A DNA stretch of 64,000 bases from an uncultured Planctomycetota bacterium. Its GTDB lineage: Bacteria; Planctomycetota; Planctomycetia; Isosphaerales; Isosphaeraceae. Positions within the stretch are counted from its first letter, which is position 1. Every line of letters begins with the position of its first letter. This document shows, piece by piece, positions 54,162 through 64,000 of the stretch. The notes beneath the pieces were generated by a model. The model searched no databases, was not told the origin of the DNA, and worked only from the letters and a program-made list of their open reading frames with translations. The stretch is taken from NCBI GenBank assembly GCA_963823665.1, contig CAWGMQ010000004.1, positions 1,408,001-1,472,000 on the forward strand, in the 5' to 3' direction. Position numbers and translations under genes: made by a program.

Positions 54162-54727
54162 TCGAGCAGCGCCGGATCGGCCCCGACAGCGGCGCTCGAC
54201 GAGTCGGGTGGATGCGCCGCCGTTTCCTCCGCGCTCCATCGTTCGAAGCGGAGCGTGATCCTCAGTCTCCGCGCCAACCATCCGCCGAAGAGCGCGATGA
54301 CCAACTGCGGAGGCGAAAACAGAACGGCCCCGAACCCTAGCTCGACGGATAGTTGAACCCACCCCGGCGAACCTTGGAAAAGCGGCTCAAGGACGGGTCT
54401 CGTCCAGGTTCCGATCCATTCGGTGAAGGCCAGCAGTGCCCAAGGTGCAATCGAATAAATCGTGACGAACGCGAAGATCGCGACCCAACCGAAGGCCTCG
54501 AATCCGAGAGCGAATGGGGAGAACCGGTCTCCCCGCACCAGGTTCCGGGCCGAGAACAAGCCGACCAGGAACAGGACACTCGCCATCGGCATGACACCGC
54601 AGGCGAAAAACAGGTGCCCAAGGAAATCGGGACTGGACTGGTTGAACGACCTCAACACCGAAAGATTGATGGCGATCGCCGCGACGACAGCCATCAAACC
54701 GGCGATCGGAAAGCGCGCGCGCTTCAT
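54152..54727 (-). CDS. Hypothetical membrane protein
   Basis: MKRARFPIAGLMAVVAAIA planctomycete-type N-terminus; about 4 TM segments; GGAGG RBS. Confidence 0.7.
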   Translation of the reverse strand: MKRARFPIAGLMAVVAAIAINLSVLRSFNQSSPDFLGHLFFACGVMPMASVLFLVGLFSARNLVRGDRFSPFALGFEAFGWVAIFAFVTIYSIAPWALLAFTEWIGTWTRPVLEPLFQGSPGWVQLSVELGFGAVLFSPPQLVIALFGGWLARRLRITLRFERWSAEETAAHPPDSSSAAVGADPALLEWQ

Positions 54728-54766
54728 GACATTCCTCCGTGAACAGCCTATTTCCTCGAACGCTTC

Positions 54767-56093
54767 TTAGACCTTCGCGGGTACCACAAATGGCGCCCGG
54801 TACTCGCGAGTGAGCATCGCATCGGCCTCGGAATCGCCTTCGAACGACTCGGTCGAGGGGTGGATCCGCAACTTGCGGCCGAGCCGGTAGGCGATGTTTC
54901 CCAGGTGACAGTACGCGCTGGAAAGATGCCCTTCTTCGATGTCAGCCGCCAGGATCTTGGAATCACGCGCCTTGAGGGCCTTGATGAAGTTGGCGAAATG
55001 ATCGCCGCCACCGGAGCCGCCGGGGCCTTTCTCAAGCTTGGGCCCGAGGAACGACTGCCAGTCGGTGTAGCTCGAGATTGCCAGGACGCCCTCCGTGCCG
55101 TAGAAGATGTCGCCGATCTTGACCTTGGCCTCGTCGTTGGTCAAAAGCCCGCGCACCTCGAATTGAAGCTCGCAATCGTCGAACTCGAAGCCGACGTGCA
55201 GCGTGTTCGGCGTCTGGCCGTCATCCGAGTAACCAAACCGGCCGCCCGACGCCACCACCGCTTTGGGAAATTCGTTCTTGCCGAGGCCCCAGCGGGCGAG
55301 GTCCATCTGGTGGATACCCTGGTTGCCGAGGTCGCCGTTGCCGTAATCCCAGTGCCAGTGCCAGTTGTAATGGAAGCGATTCGGGTTGAACGACCGTTCA
55401 GAGGCCGGCCCGAGCCAGACGTTGTAATCGACTTCAGCCGGAGCCGGGCAATCGGCCGCATGCCCGATCGAGCCGCGCGGCTTGTAGCAGAGGCCCTTGG
55501 CCATGTAGATCTGGCCGAGCTTGCCCGATCGCAGCAACGGCGACGGCGTCTTGAATGCCCTTGTGGCTGCGGCACTGAGTGCCGGTCTGGACGATGCGCT
55601 CGTGTTTTCGCGCGGCCTCGACCATCCGCCGGCCTTCGCTCACGTTGTGGCTGACCGGCTTCTCGACATAGACGTCCTTGCCCGCCTGGCATGCCCAGAT
55701 CGTCGCCAGGGCGTGCCAGTGGTTGGGCGTGGCGATCGAGATGGCGTCGATCGTTTTGTCGTCGAGCAGGCGGCGAATGTCTTGCACGATCTTGGGCGCC
55801 GACTTGGAATTTCGTTCGACCATCTTGGCCCCGCGGCCGGCCGCGCGGAGATCAACGTCGCAGATCGCCGTGATGCGCACGTCCTTGAGATGGCTCCAGC
55901 CGGCGATGTGGTCCCTGCCCCGGCCGTTGACGCCGCACACCGCCATCCGCACGGTGTCGTTCGGCCCGGCCGGCTTTTGATCGCCATCCCCGTCATCCGG
56001 GGCCGCGACGGCCTTCGCTGCCGGAATCGCGGCCATCGCCGCGGCTATCTTGGCCGTGTCTGCGAAAAACTCTCGGCGAGGGAGCGAGCGCAT
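54767..56093 (-). CDS. Tat-exported Gfo/Idh/MocA oxidoreductase, frameshift near 55540
   Basis: RREFF, GVNGRG, ATPNHWH, YVEKP, then FHYNWHWHWDYGNGDLGNQGIHQMD. Confidence 0.9.
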
Positions 56094-56350
56094 GGGTGGG
56101 ACCCTCTTCACGGAGGATGGGTTGGCGGGAGGCAAACGCACGGAGATCCTTTTATCTAACCGCGTTTTGGATGGGGGCGTCAAGCGCGGTGTGCCATCGG
56201 ATTCCGAGTAATCCCGAACAAACCGAAGGCGCCTCGCCCCATCGCCAGCCCAGGTCGCGGCGCGCGACGAACCACCGCTAGCCATGCGTCGTGCCGCCGA
56301 AACATTCGGGCGCCCAGCGGATGTTTTTCAACATCAATTCGAATAGACTC

Positions 56351-56387
56351 TTGACACAATGTCCATCATTCCGATAGACATTATATT
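56351..56387 (+). promoter_or_regulatory. Candidate promoter with overlapping inverted-repeat operator
   Basis: TTGACA at 56351 followed by AATGTCCATC-N5-GATAGACATT (9/10 inverted repeat) in an AT-rich intergenic region. Confidence 0.45.
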
Positions 56388-56572
56388 ACGACGCGTACAG
56401 TTGCTGTGTCGGTCGCACCTATCTGCTGATCACGTGCTTCTACCGTTCGGGCGGATCTTCATAACTCTTTACATCACTGTACTTATCTCTTTCAGCGGAC
56501 AACTCGGCGAACCAATCTCGATTAAAACGATCAATAAAATCGGTTTGCTCAAAACAAAGAGGGGAGATTCCG

Positions 56573-56794
56573 ATGAGACGACGGTGCCTGTTCGCTATGG
56601 CGTGCGTGATTGCGGGTGTTTCGTCACTCGGTTGCACGACGCAGGGAGAGTCGCCGCTGGGTCACCTCACCACGCAGGTCGTGAGCAACCGCGAAACGGA
56701 GATGAAGAAACTGCGGTCATCGCCGTATTATCGGCCGGTGACGCAGGCGAGTGCTGTCACACAAACCGATCACGCGGCACTGGCGCGCCAGTGA
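56573..56794 (+). CDS. Small lipoprotein
   Basis: GAGGGGAG RBS; MRRR plus hydrophobic stretch plus SLGC lipobox. Confidence 0.6.
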   Translation: MRRRCLFAMACVIAGVSSLGCTTQGESPLGHLTTQVVSNRETEMKKLRSSPYYRPVTQASAVTQTDHAALARQ

Positions 56795-56873
56795 ACCTCG
56801 CCCGGTCCAGCCTGTAGCGGTGTGCGCGGCGTCGGTGAGAATTAATCGCCGATCCGTTGAACGCGGGCCGGCA

Positions 56874-56938
56874 AAACGTTGGCTTGAGAGCCGACGTTTA
56901 GCCCACGATTGCCGGCGTGCCAACCGGCACGCCGGCAA
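56874..56938. terminator. Tandem hairpins between convergent small genes
   Basis: AAACGTTGGCT-TGAG-AGCCGACGTTT and a perfect 13-bp TTGCCGGCGTGCC-AACC-GGCACGCCGGCAA, 8 nt past the Cys-rich gene stop. Confidence 0.6.
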
Positions 56939-56946
56939 AGAACATT

Positions 56947-57422
56947 TCAACAGCCGCAGCAAACCGGCGTGTTGTTGAACATCAGGCAGCAGGTGCAACC
57001 TGCTTTGATCATCGAGGTCATGCACGCGCAGCAGGCCTCGATCATCGCGCAGCACGCTGGGTCGCCGCTCGTGCACGTGACGCATACCCCGTCTTCCGTG
57101 GGTTCGCACTTGCACATCGCCATGACCAGATTGCAACAGCACGCGACCATGCCGTTCATCATGCAGCAGCAACTGCACAGGCCGCCCGGCATCATCGTGC
57201 ACAGGTTCTGGAGCATGGTCGCCGAGACCTTGTCGTCGCACGGCGCAAACGATCTTCATCCCTCCGGCGCACTTCTTGAACGTCATCGTGCAGCGAGGCA
57301 CCATCAGCACATTCATGCCGGTCGGTGTCGCGGCCGGTGCGCCCAGGAGCCCACTCGGATTCGACACGGGCATGCCCGGCAGCTCCCACTCCGGCTCGTT
57401 CCATCATGACTGCTGAACTCAT
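56947..57422 (-). CDS. Cys/Met-rich protein (~158 aa, ~27 Cys), two frameshifts (near 57383 and 57241)
   Basis: AAAGGAG RBS before ATG 57422; joined reading MSSAVMMERAGVG..GMPVSNP...VPRCTMTFKKCAGGMKIVCACDDKVSATMLQNLC...NNTPVCCGC*. Confidence 0.75.
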
Positions 57423-57841
57423 CCTGCTCTCCTTTGGTGACAACCCATTGTCGCGAAGCACGAGAAACTCTCCTCGCCCCAAGGTTGACCGGCGATTGGT
57501 GAAAAATCAAGTCGTTTTACAAGAATTTGAAGGAATGTGATTATGACCAATTTGATAAACAACCCGTCTGCGCCAGGCCGTTGCTTGGCAGCGAATCTGG
57601 GGATCGCGGTGATCTACATCCGATAAAAAATCTGGAGAATCTGGCTAAAACTCGGCAACCACTCGACCTAACTCGTTTTGCCGTTCGAGCCTATGGTAAC
57701 GCCTTTGACGACCGGATGCCTGAAACTGCGCATTTGTTGCGAAAAAGACGGTGTCATAGCCATACCTCAGCATGTCGATGATAATAGTCAGGAAATCGCT
57801 CCTTTTCGTACCGGGGCCACATCTCTCTGTCGAGGTGCTCA

Positions 57842-58057
57842 ATGTATTCAAAGAACTTTACGGGGGGCGAAGGAGCGTCGACCCTTGCGTTCGGACGGCG
57901 GACGGTCGCGCCGACACTTGTTATTCTGCCGGCAATTTCACCGGGCATTCCCGCGACTCACGCATCGCAGGAAATCTATCACCTTGCGTATGAATGGGCA
58001 CTCGCGATGCTCCGGCCAGGAGGATACGAGCTCGCCAATCGGCTCGTGCTGAACTGA
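57842..58057 (+). CDS. Small hypothetical protein divergent from the Cys-rich gene
   Basis: GAGGTG RBS; C-terminal QEIYHLAYEWALAMLRPGGYE helix resembles small planctomycete hypotheticals (from memory, unverified). Confidence 0.55.
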   Translation: MYSKNFTGGEGASTLAFGRRTVAPTLVILPAISPGIPATHASQEIYHLAYEWALAMLRPGGYELANRLVLN

Positions 58058-58294
58058 GCGCCCGCGCCCCTTTCCGGCACGCCGCGTTCGAGAAAAGTGT
58101 CAGCGCCTTTCACCGCACTGAAAGGCCGCTGACACCTTGTTTGCTTTTCGAGGGCGAGATCGCACTGATCGACCCAACTGCGTTTCGCGTCCTCGCCATC
58201 GACGACCTGATATCTTTTGGAACCCCGACTTGCGCGTTAGTCTGTGGTCATTGCTGACTCACGCCTCCAGCCCTCCAGCACCCAGGAGAATCAC

Positions 58295-59206
58295 ATGCGG
58301 CTTCGACCTGCGGCCGTTGGTTGTGCGCTTGCCGGCTCGATGCTCCTTTGGGCCAGCCGTGCATCGGCGAGCGACGACGGAGCGGCTCTCAAGGAGCGCG
58401 TTCTGAAGACGTATCCCGGGGTCTTGGGCGCGCTCGAAGCGCGATTCGCCAATGCATTCGGGTCCGTGACAGGAGTGGAAGAACACTTCATGGGCAAACC
58501 CAATCACATCCGGATCAACGGGCAGTTCACCTTCGCGTCAAAGGGCCCGGTGTTCGCCAAGGTGACCAGGATCGCGACGATGACAAGGATGAACGACCAG
58601 AAGCCAGGTCCACCGAGAGAAACGGTCTTCTGCATCAACCCCGAGAATGCATTCTGGTTGGTGAAGGCGGCCGGCAAGCGCGAATTCACGGTCCAGTCAT
58701 TTGCAAAAGACAAGGATGGGCAGACGTTTATCAAAAACCAGATGCCGAGCTGGTTGTACTCGTATCTTCGTGCTCCATTCTCATTCGGCGGTCCTTCGAT
58801 GAGCTCGGTCATTGCCGACGGGGGCGCGGCCATCGATCACGTTTCCGCCGTGCAGCAGGACGGGAAATCGTATTTAAGAATCGCTTTTGACTTCAAGAAC
58901 GGGAAATTCCCTCGCCTGCGAAACATTGCCGGCTGGGTGCTGGTCGCACCGGAGGAGAAGTGGGCTATTCATGAATACGAATACTCAGATACACAGAACG
59001 TCTTTCACGGACGGATCGAGTACTCGCCGCCCCAGGACGGATTTCCGGTCCCCAAGCGGGTCGTGATCACGCACTCACTCGCCGGCCAGCAGCAACCGAG
59101 CGGTGTCGACACCTACGAATTCAACGAGCTTCATTTCGGCGATGTGCCAGACGTTGATTTTCGGATCTCTTTCTTCGGGCTTGCCGAGCCTCAAAAGGCG
59201 AAGTGA
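58295..59206 (+). CDS. Secreted hypothetical protein (LolA-like beta-rich fold possible)
   Basis: AGGAG RBS; signal peptide ending ASA-S; C-terminal DFRISFFGLAEP. Confidence 0.7.
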   Translation: MRLRPAAVGCALAGSMLLWASRASASDDGAALKERVLKTYPGVLGALEARFANAFGSVTGVEEHFMGKPNHIRINGQFTFASKGPVFAKVTRIATMTRMNDQKPGPPRETVFCINPENAFWLVKAAGKREFTVQSFAKDKDGQTFIKNQMPSWLYSYLRAPFSFGGPSMSSVIADGGAAIDHVSAVQQDGKSYLRIAFDFKNGKFPRLRNIAGWVLVAPEEKWAIHEYEYSDTQNVFHGRIEYSPPQDGFPVPKRVVITHSLAGQQQPSGVDTYEFNELHFGDVPDVDFRISFFGLAEPQKAK

Positions 59207-59342
59207 AGGCGGCGTTCGCCACACGGGCTCGGTGCGCCCGGATCTCGACGCTTACCATCTCCCATCGCAGAGCCAACTGGCGTTAGAATGCTAAACAGCG
59301 GCGCGAAACTCGCGCGGTGCGCCCGTGGTTGCGAGCCTCATC

Positions 59343-59708
59343 ATGCCGAACATGAAACGGTCTTCAGCAGGTTATCAGATCGATGGGCGGGTCTCTATCG
59401 CCCTTGACGCCTTGAATGACAAGCAGAAGCAGGACGTGACGCGCGTCATCGCGGACCGCGACAACTTCATTGCAAGCGCTGCGAACCGGCGAAGGGTGCG
59501 CAAGATCTCGAAGGACAATCCGGTCTACGCTCTCAGCGTTCCGTCGGGCCTGAGAATTATTTTCTCCAAAGTGGGGGAAGACATCGTCGTCATGGATTTG
59601 ATGAGGCAGGCAGTTCTCGATCAATTCGGTGCGCGGCAGGCCGGTAAACCAAAAGGGAGCGTTTCCAAGAAGTCTTGCGCCGCTTCCCGGCCCAAGAAAG
59701 TATCGTAA
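59343..59708 (+). CDS. Small basic protein, RelE/ParE-like fold possible
   Basis: ALDALNDKQK...VYALSVPSGLRIIFSKVGEDIVVMDLM pattern resembles the RelE beta-sheet. Confidence 0.5.
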   Translation: MPNMKRSSAGYQIDGRVSIALDALNDKQKQDVTRVIADRDNFIASAANRRRVRKISKDNPVYALSVPSGLRIIFSKVGEDIVVMDLMRQAVLDQFGARQAGKPKGSVSKKSCAASRPKKVS

Positions 59709-59761
59709 CTGCATCACGTACGACAAGCTCTATGAAGACTTGTCTTCGCGGCTCAAGATCT

Positions 59762-60742
59762 TCAGCGGCTGATGATCCCCGGGGTCAGCGTCACCTTTCG
59801 AAACTCGACCACGCCATGATCGCCTTGCAGCATGATGGGGCCGGGCTTGCCTTCGTCGCTGTCGAGTGCTCCGCCCGTGATGCCGGGAATGGGCTGCCGG
59901 TCGATCACTTGCTCGCCGTTGAGCACGATCGTCACAGCACGGCCGACCAGAGTGCTCTCGAGCGTCTGCCACTCGCCTGATTTCTTCGCTGCGTTTTTGA
60001 GCGGCATCAAGAAGCCGTAAATGCCGCCGATGTTGTGGCTATCCGGCTCCTCGCCGTGGTTGTCTTCGATCTGCGCTTCATAGCGCCCACGCAAGTAGAT
60101 TCCGCTGTTGCTGCCGCGGGGATAGCGGAACTCGACGTGAAGCTTGAAATCCGTGAATTTCTGCTCGGTTAACAGATCGTTTCCCGGCTCGGCGTTCACG
60201 AGCACGCCATCGCGAATGAGCCAGCCGTTCTTGGCACCGGCAGTGCGCGGCTTCCAGCCGGTTAAGTCGCGCCCGTTGAACAGCTCGACCGCCTCGTCCC
60301 ATTCAGGCTCGCCGGTCCGCTTGAGTGACGGAGCGCGGTGTGCTTCCCAGGCGACCCGGCGGCCCTTGTCATTGGTCGTCTCGCCGCGAAGCACGTCTCC
60401 GTCGAGCTGGCCATCGATGTGCTGGAGGTCGGTGCGCTTCTCCCACTGGGGCGGGACGGAGAAGTGAATGCGGCCCTTGTCGTACTCAACCAACGAAATC
60501 GGCCGGGCGCTGCCGACGCGGCCCACGAATGACCCGACCAGCGTGCGATATCCCGACTGCCGCACTTCCAGCCACGATGGGTAATCACCGTCGGGACCGT
60601 GCACCGTGAGATCCCACCGCCCGACCACCGGCGGCGGCTTCTGCTTGGTGAACGGATCATCCTGGGCGCCGGCCGATGCGGTGATCTCGACGATCGCGAG
60701 TGCCACGGTGGCGGTTGTCCGAGCGAGCTTATTAAAGGTCAT
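59762..60742 (-). CDS. DUF1080 (3-keto-disaccharide hydrolase-like) secreted protein
   Basis: LFNGRDLTGW, FTDFKLHVEF, NSGIYLRG, EAQIED, GEWQ, LQGDHG..VEFR. Confidence 0.9.
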   Translation of the reverse strand: MTFNKLARTTATVALAIVEITASAGAQDDPFTKQKPPPVVGRWDLTVHGPDGDYPSWLEVRQSGYRTLVGSFVGRVGSARPISLVEYDKGRIHFSVPPQWEKRTDLQHIDGQLDGDVLRGETTNDKGRRVAWEAHRAPSLKRTGEPEWDEAVELFNGRDLTGWKPRTAGAKNGWLIRDGVLVNAEPGNDLLTEQKFTDFKLHVEFRYPRGSNSGIYLRGRYEAQIEDNHGEEPDSHNIGGIYGFLMPLKNAAKKSGEWQTLESTLVGRAVTIVLNGEQVIDRQPIPGITGGALDSDEGKPGPIMLQGDHGVVEFRKVTLTPGIISR

Positions 60743-61142
60743 TGCCGTCTCCCGGCGCGATTTGCTTTGCCGTCGCGCTCTGCTTCCGAGTGTAAACCCA
60801 CGCCCAGAGAATCAAGATCCCCTGCAAAGGCAGCCGAAGCAAGAGCGCACGCGGCGACACGCCGAATAACTCTGCGTGCTGGTACATGTAGATATTCGCG
60901 GGGAAGACGGCGATCAAGAGAGCGATCAATCCCCACGCAGCCAGGCGAGTAGTTTGCGGAATCACGAGCATCACGCCCAGAACGACCTCGAAGACGCCAC
61001 TGACAAACACCAGCTCTCGAGGGAAGGGAAGATAAGGCGGCACGATCTTGACGAAGGAGCCGGGCGAGACAAAGTGGCCAGCCCCCGCGACCAGGAAAAG
61101 CATCGCGAAGACGAATTTGCCGGCAAACTTCCAGAATTTCAT
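60732..61142 (-). CDS. DoxX-family membrane protein
   Basis: AGAGHF...IVPPYLP...SGVFE...AAWGLIALLIAVFPANIYM...RLPLQ. Confidence 0.88.
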   Translation of the reverse strand: MKFWKFAGKFVFAMLFLVAGAGHFVSPGSFVKIVPPYLPFPRELVFVSGVFEVVLGVMLVIPQTTRLAAWGLIALLIAVFPANIYMYQHAELFGVSPRALLLRLPLQGILILWAWVYTRKQSATAKQIAPGDGNDL

Positions 61143-61187
61143 GGCGTGGTCCAGGAGTGCGGGTCCCGTGGAACGCTGACCCACTTC

Positions 61188-62510
61188 TCATTTCCGCGGA
61201 TCACCCGGTTTATCATCGATGATGACGAGTCCGTTTTCACCACCGCGGTTCCTACTCCTGCGGATCGATAGCGCGATCCTGCGCCCATCGGTTTGCGGCG
61301 AGCCGGTAATCTCCGCCCCTGCCACCGGGCAGAATCGCCACCTTAACTGGCCGCTGTCGATGTTCAGGCAGTAGACGTAACCGTCGAACGATCCGAAATA
61401 CACGGCGTCTTCCGTGCACACGGGTGCCGAGTAGATCGCGGGACTTGCTTCAGACGCGGGTGTTTTATAACTCCAGATTTCCTTGCCAGTCTCGGCGTCC
61501 ACGCGGTAAATGCCGCCATCGCACGCCGCGCAAAAAACAGATCCGCGCTGGTAGGCCACGCCGGCCTCGATCCGGGCGTTGGTCGGAAAATTCCAGAGCA
61601 TTGTTTTGCGCGCCTTGTCCAGGCAATACAGGTGCTTGTCCTGGCTGCCGAAGAAGAGCTTGTCTTCGGAGAGCGCCGGCACGCCGTAGATCCAGCCATT
61701 CATCTCGAACGCCCAGCGCCGTCTGCCGGCCTTCAGATCGATCGCGAACAGCCGCGACTGGTCGAACACCGGCTGGTAAACGATGGTTCCATCGCTCGCC
61801 GCGGAGCGGGGCCGCGCCCGCACCCCACGCTTTGGCACGTCAGGGCGCAACTGGCCGCGCTCGTCGTCTGTCACCGAGTATTTCCAGACCACCTTGCCGT
61901 CGAAACTCAGGGCGGTGATCGCACCGCCGGTGTCCCCGACAATGATCCGATCGTTCACGATCAGAGGCGACGATTCGGTCGCGTCACCGCTGAGTCCAAT
62001 GTGCCAGAGCACCTTGCCGTCTGCTCGAGAGAGTGCCTTGAGGCCGTACCGGCAGGTGACGAAGATTGTATTGCCGCGCCGGGCGGGCGAACAGTAGACG
62101 AATCCGACGCCGGGGGCGCGCCATAAAACCGTGCCGTCTGCAATCTTGATCGCGTAGATTGTCTCCTTCCGGTCGCCCACGTAGATCATGCCGTCGGCAA
62201 CAAGCGCTTCGCCGGGGTCGCCGTCTGTCGGGACGAGTGATAGCAACCGGGGGTTTTCGAGCGCGATTCGCCCTGCGATCGATCCCGTCCTCTGCGGTCC
62301 GCCGCGAAAAAGCGTGACTTCCGGCAGCGCTACGGGCGGTGACGCTTGCGGTTCTGCCCCGGCGGCCGGATTCGGTCGAGATTCTTGCTTGCCGGCGGCG
62401 ACCTGCATTGTTTCCGACTCGGAGTCTCCACAAGACGCCCCTGCGCCCACGGCCGTGATGACGATCAAGAAGATTCGACTTGCGTGAATCATGACGACGT
62501 CTCGCCACAC
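61188..62510 (-). CDS. PQQ-binding-like beta-propeller (BamB-like) lipoprotein
   Basis: FRGGPQRTG; repeated G..LW and SSP..GS.DG.LYCL motifs; GASC lipobox. Confidence 0.85.
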   Translation of the reverse strand: MWRDVVMIHASRIFLIVITAVGAGASCGDSESETMQVAAGKQESRPNPAAGAEPQASPPVALPEVTLFRGGPQRTGSIAGRIALENPRLLSLVPTDGDPGEALVADGMIYVGDRKETIYAIKIADGTVLWRAPGVGFVYCSPARRGNTIFVTCRYGLKALSRADGKVLWHIGLSGDATESSPLIVNDRIIVGDTGGAITALSFDGKVVWKYSVTDDERGQLRPDVPKRGVRARPRSAASDGTIVYQPVFDQSRLFAIDLKAGRRRWAFEMNGWIYGVPALSEDKLFFGSQDKHLYCLDKARKTMLWNFPTNARIEAGVAYQRGSVFCAACDGGIYRVDAETGKEIWSYKTPASEASPAIYSAPVCTEDAVYFGSFDGYVYCLNIDSGQLRWRFCPVAGAEITGSPQTDGRRIALSIRRSRNRGGENGLVIIDDKPGDPRK

Positions 62511-62817
62511 GCTAATCCCAGATGGCTCAACTTGGCGACCACTTACGCATTTCTTGTCTCAACGGCCCGCGGCGATCGCTCCATCATGGGCGCGCGAGGC
62601 GCCGAACGGTCAAGTCGCGGGTCTGCCTGCGGGAGCCAGAAATGGTCCGCAATCGAAGCACGCTGATCGCGAGCCAAGTCCTCGATCGAAACCGTGAAAG
62701 TCGATTCGCGTCATCGCGTGGCGAGAAACGGTTGAGCCGAGCGCGTCGCGGGGATAAAAAGGAATGGTCGTGCTGAGCGGTAGTTTCACCATCAACCTCG
62801 AACCGAAAGCTGCTGAG

Positions 62818-64000
62818 ATGCCGTCCACTGTTAACGGAGTCGGTACCCACTATTACGGCAAGAAGAACGTCACCGTGCGAACCGCCGCTTGCAAGTCGTG
62901 CGGGCGCGTGGTGAACCTGACGTCATACGATACGCGGCTCTGGTTCGTGGTCGTTTTCATTCCGATCATTCCTCTGGGCCGAAAGCGAATCATCGACCAG
63001 TGCCCGTCGTGCACGCGGCACTATGTGCTCAAGGCCGATGTTTACGAACAGACCAAGCAACTTCAAACCTCGGCGAGCCTCGAACGATTTCGCCGCGAGC
63101 CTTCGGGCGATGCGGCCGTCCAGGCCCACGGTCAGCTCCTGGCATTTCACGAACATGAACAGGCTGCCGAATTCCGCCAGACGGCGCTTGGCCGTTTTCC
63201 GAACCACGCCGGCCTGCGCGCGGAATGGCATCCCAGCTCCGCGATATGTCCTCCTTTGCCGAGTCGGCCAAGCTCTTCCAGGAATCGTTCAACCTCGACC
63301 CGACGCTGCCGGAAGCCCGCGTCGGTGTGGCCCAGCAGAAGATGGGGGCAGGCAACCTCGAGGAAGCAGAAAAGCTCCTCGATTTTCTCATGGAGCCCGG
63401 CGCAGGACAGCGATACTCGCTCGACCCGCTGGATTCACTGGCGGGGTACTTCCAGCAGGCGGGACGGCACGCCGAGGCGATGAAGATCGCCGACGTTCTC
63501 TTGCGTGAGATTCCCAGTCTCAAGGACCACCACGCGTTTCGGAAGTTCGTGAAGCAGTCGGAGAAGGCGCTTCACCAGTCCGAGTCGATGCTGCCGAAGC
63601 GAGGGTTTTCCCTGGCCGGTTTGTTTCGTTCCGAAGGATCTCCCTATGCCCCCTGGCAGCGGAAGGTGGCGATCGGCAGTGTTGCTGCTTTCCTGGTCGT
63701 CGGTGGGCTCGCTGTGAATAACGAATACATCAAGCGCCACCGCACGCTGCATGTCTTGAACGCGACGGGCCAGCCGGCGCAGGTTCAAGTGGACGACGCG
63801 CCCGCAGTTTCGGTAGGGGGCATGGGACGGCTGACGGTTGCCGAAGGGCCCCACGTCGTCAAGGTCTCCGGGCCGGTGCAAGAGACGCAGAACATCGCGC
63901 TAAACAGCGGGTACTTCGAGCGCTGGTTCAGCAAACCCGTCTGGATCCTCAACCCGGGCGGCGAGGCGGTGATCGAGGAGAGTACTCACGTGTACTCCGC
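62818..64000 (+). CDS. Zinc-ribbon + TPR membrane protein, frameshift near 63226, runs off window end
   Basis: CKSC...WFVVVFIPIIP...CPSC ribbon; TPR-like helices in the next frame; TM segment VAIGSVAAFLVVGGLAV. Confidence 0.7.

Overview
GC-rich bacterial chromosome segment, almost certainly a planctomycete (Isosphaeraceae/Singulisphaera-like). The indicators are a DUF1559 prepilin-like protein, a PEP-CTERM protein, a giant Ser/Thr kinase-TPR protein paired with an ECF sigma factor, an ECF with a long C-terminal extension, and many Tat-exported Gfo/Idh/MocA, ThuA and DUF1080 proteins. Housekeeping genes are rpsA, accA, a cmk-plsC fusion, polX and a sigma70. Single-base frameshifts are frequent and even hit essential accA, so most split ORFs look like long-read or assembly indels rather than pseudogenes; I reconstructed genes across them. 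Highlights: (1) a translationally coupled minus-strand operon led by a highly divergent RuBisCO-like protein (form IV; KEDE motif, several phosphate-site residues changed), followed by a Gfo/Idh/MocA dehydrogenase, a TIM-barrel sugar epimerase, an alpha/beta hydrolase and an Rpe-like epimerase, with a UxaC-like amidohydrolase beyond an ECF/kinase insertion. This is a candidate uncharacterised sugar or sugar-acid pathway. (2) A hidden ~158-aa protein with ~27 Cys and an internal two-fold repeat, divergent from a small unannotated ORF; a candidate metal-binding system. (3) A GNAT + NSAR/OSBS + M20 D-to-L amino-acid conversion operon. (4) Three antitoxins without intact toxins, including a 13-residue BrnT scar. 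(5) A tandem pair of mutually homologous small helical proteins of unknown function. I saw no rRNA, tRNA, CRISPR array or transposase. All family assignments are from motif recognition by eye, not database searches.
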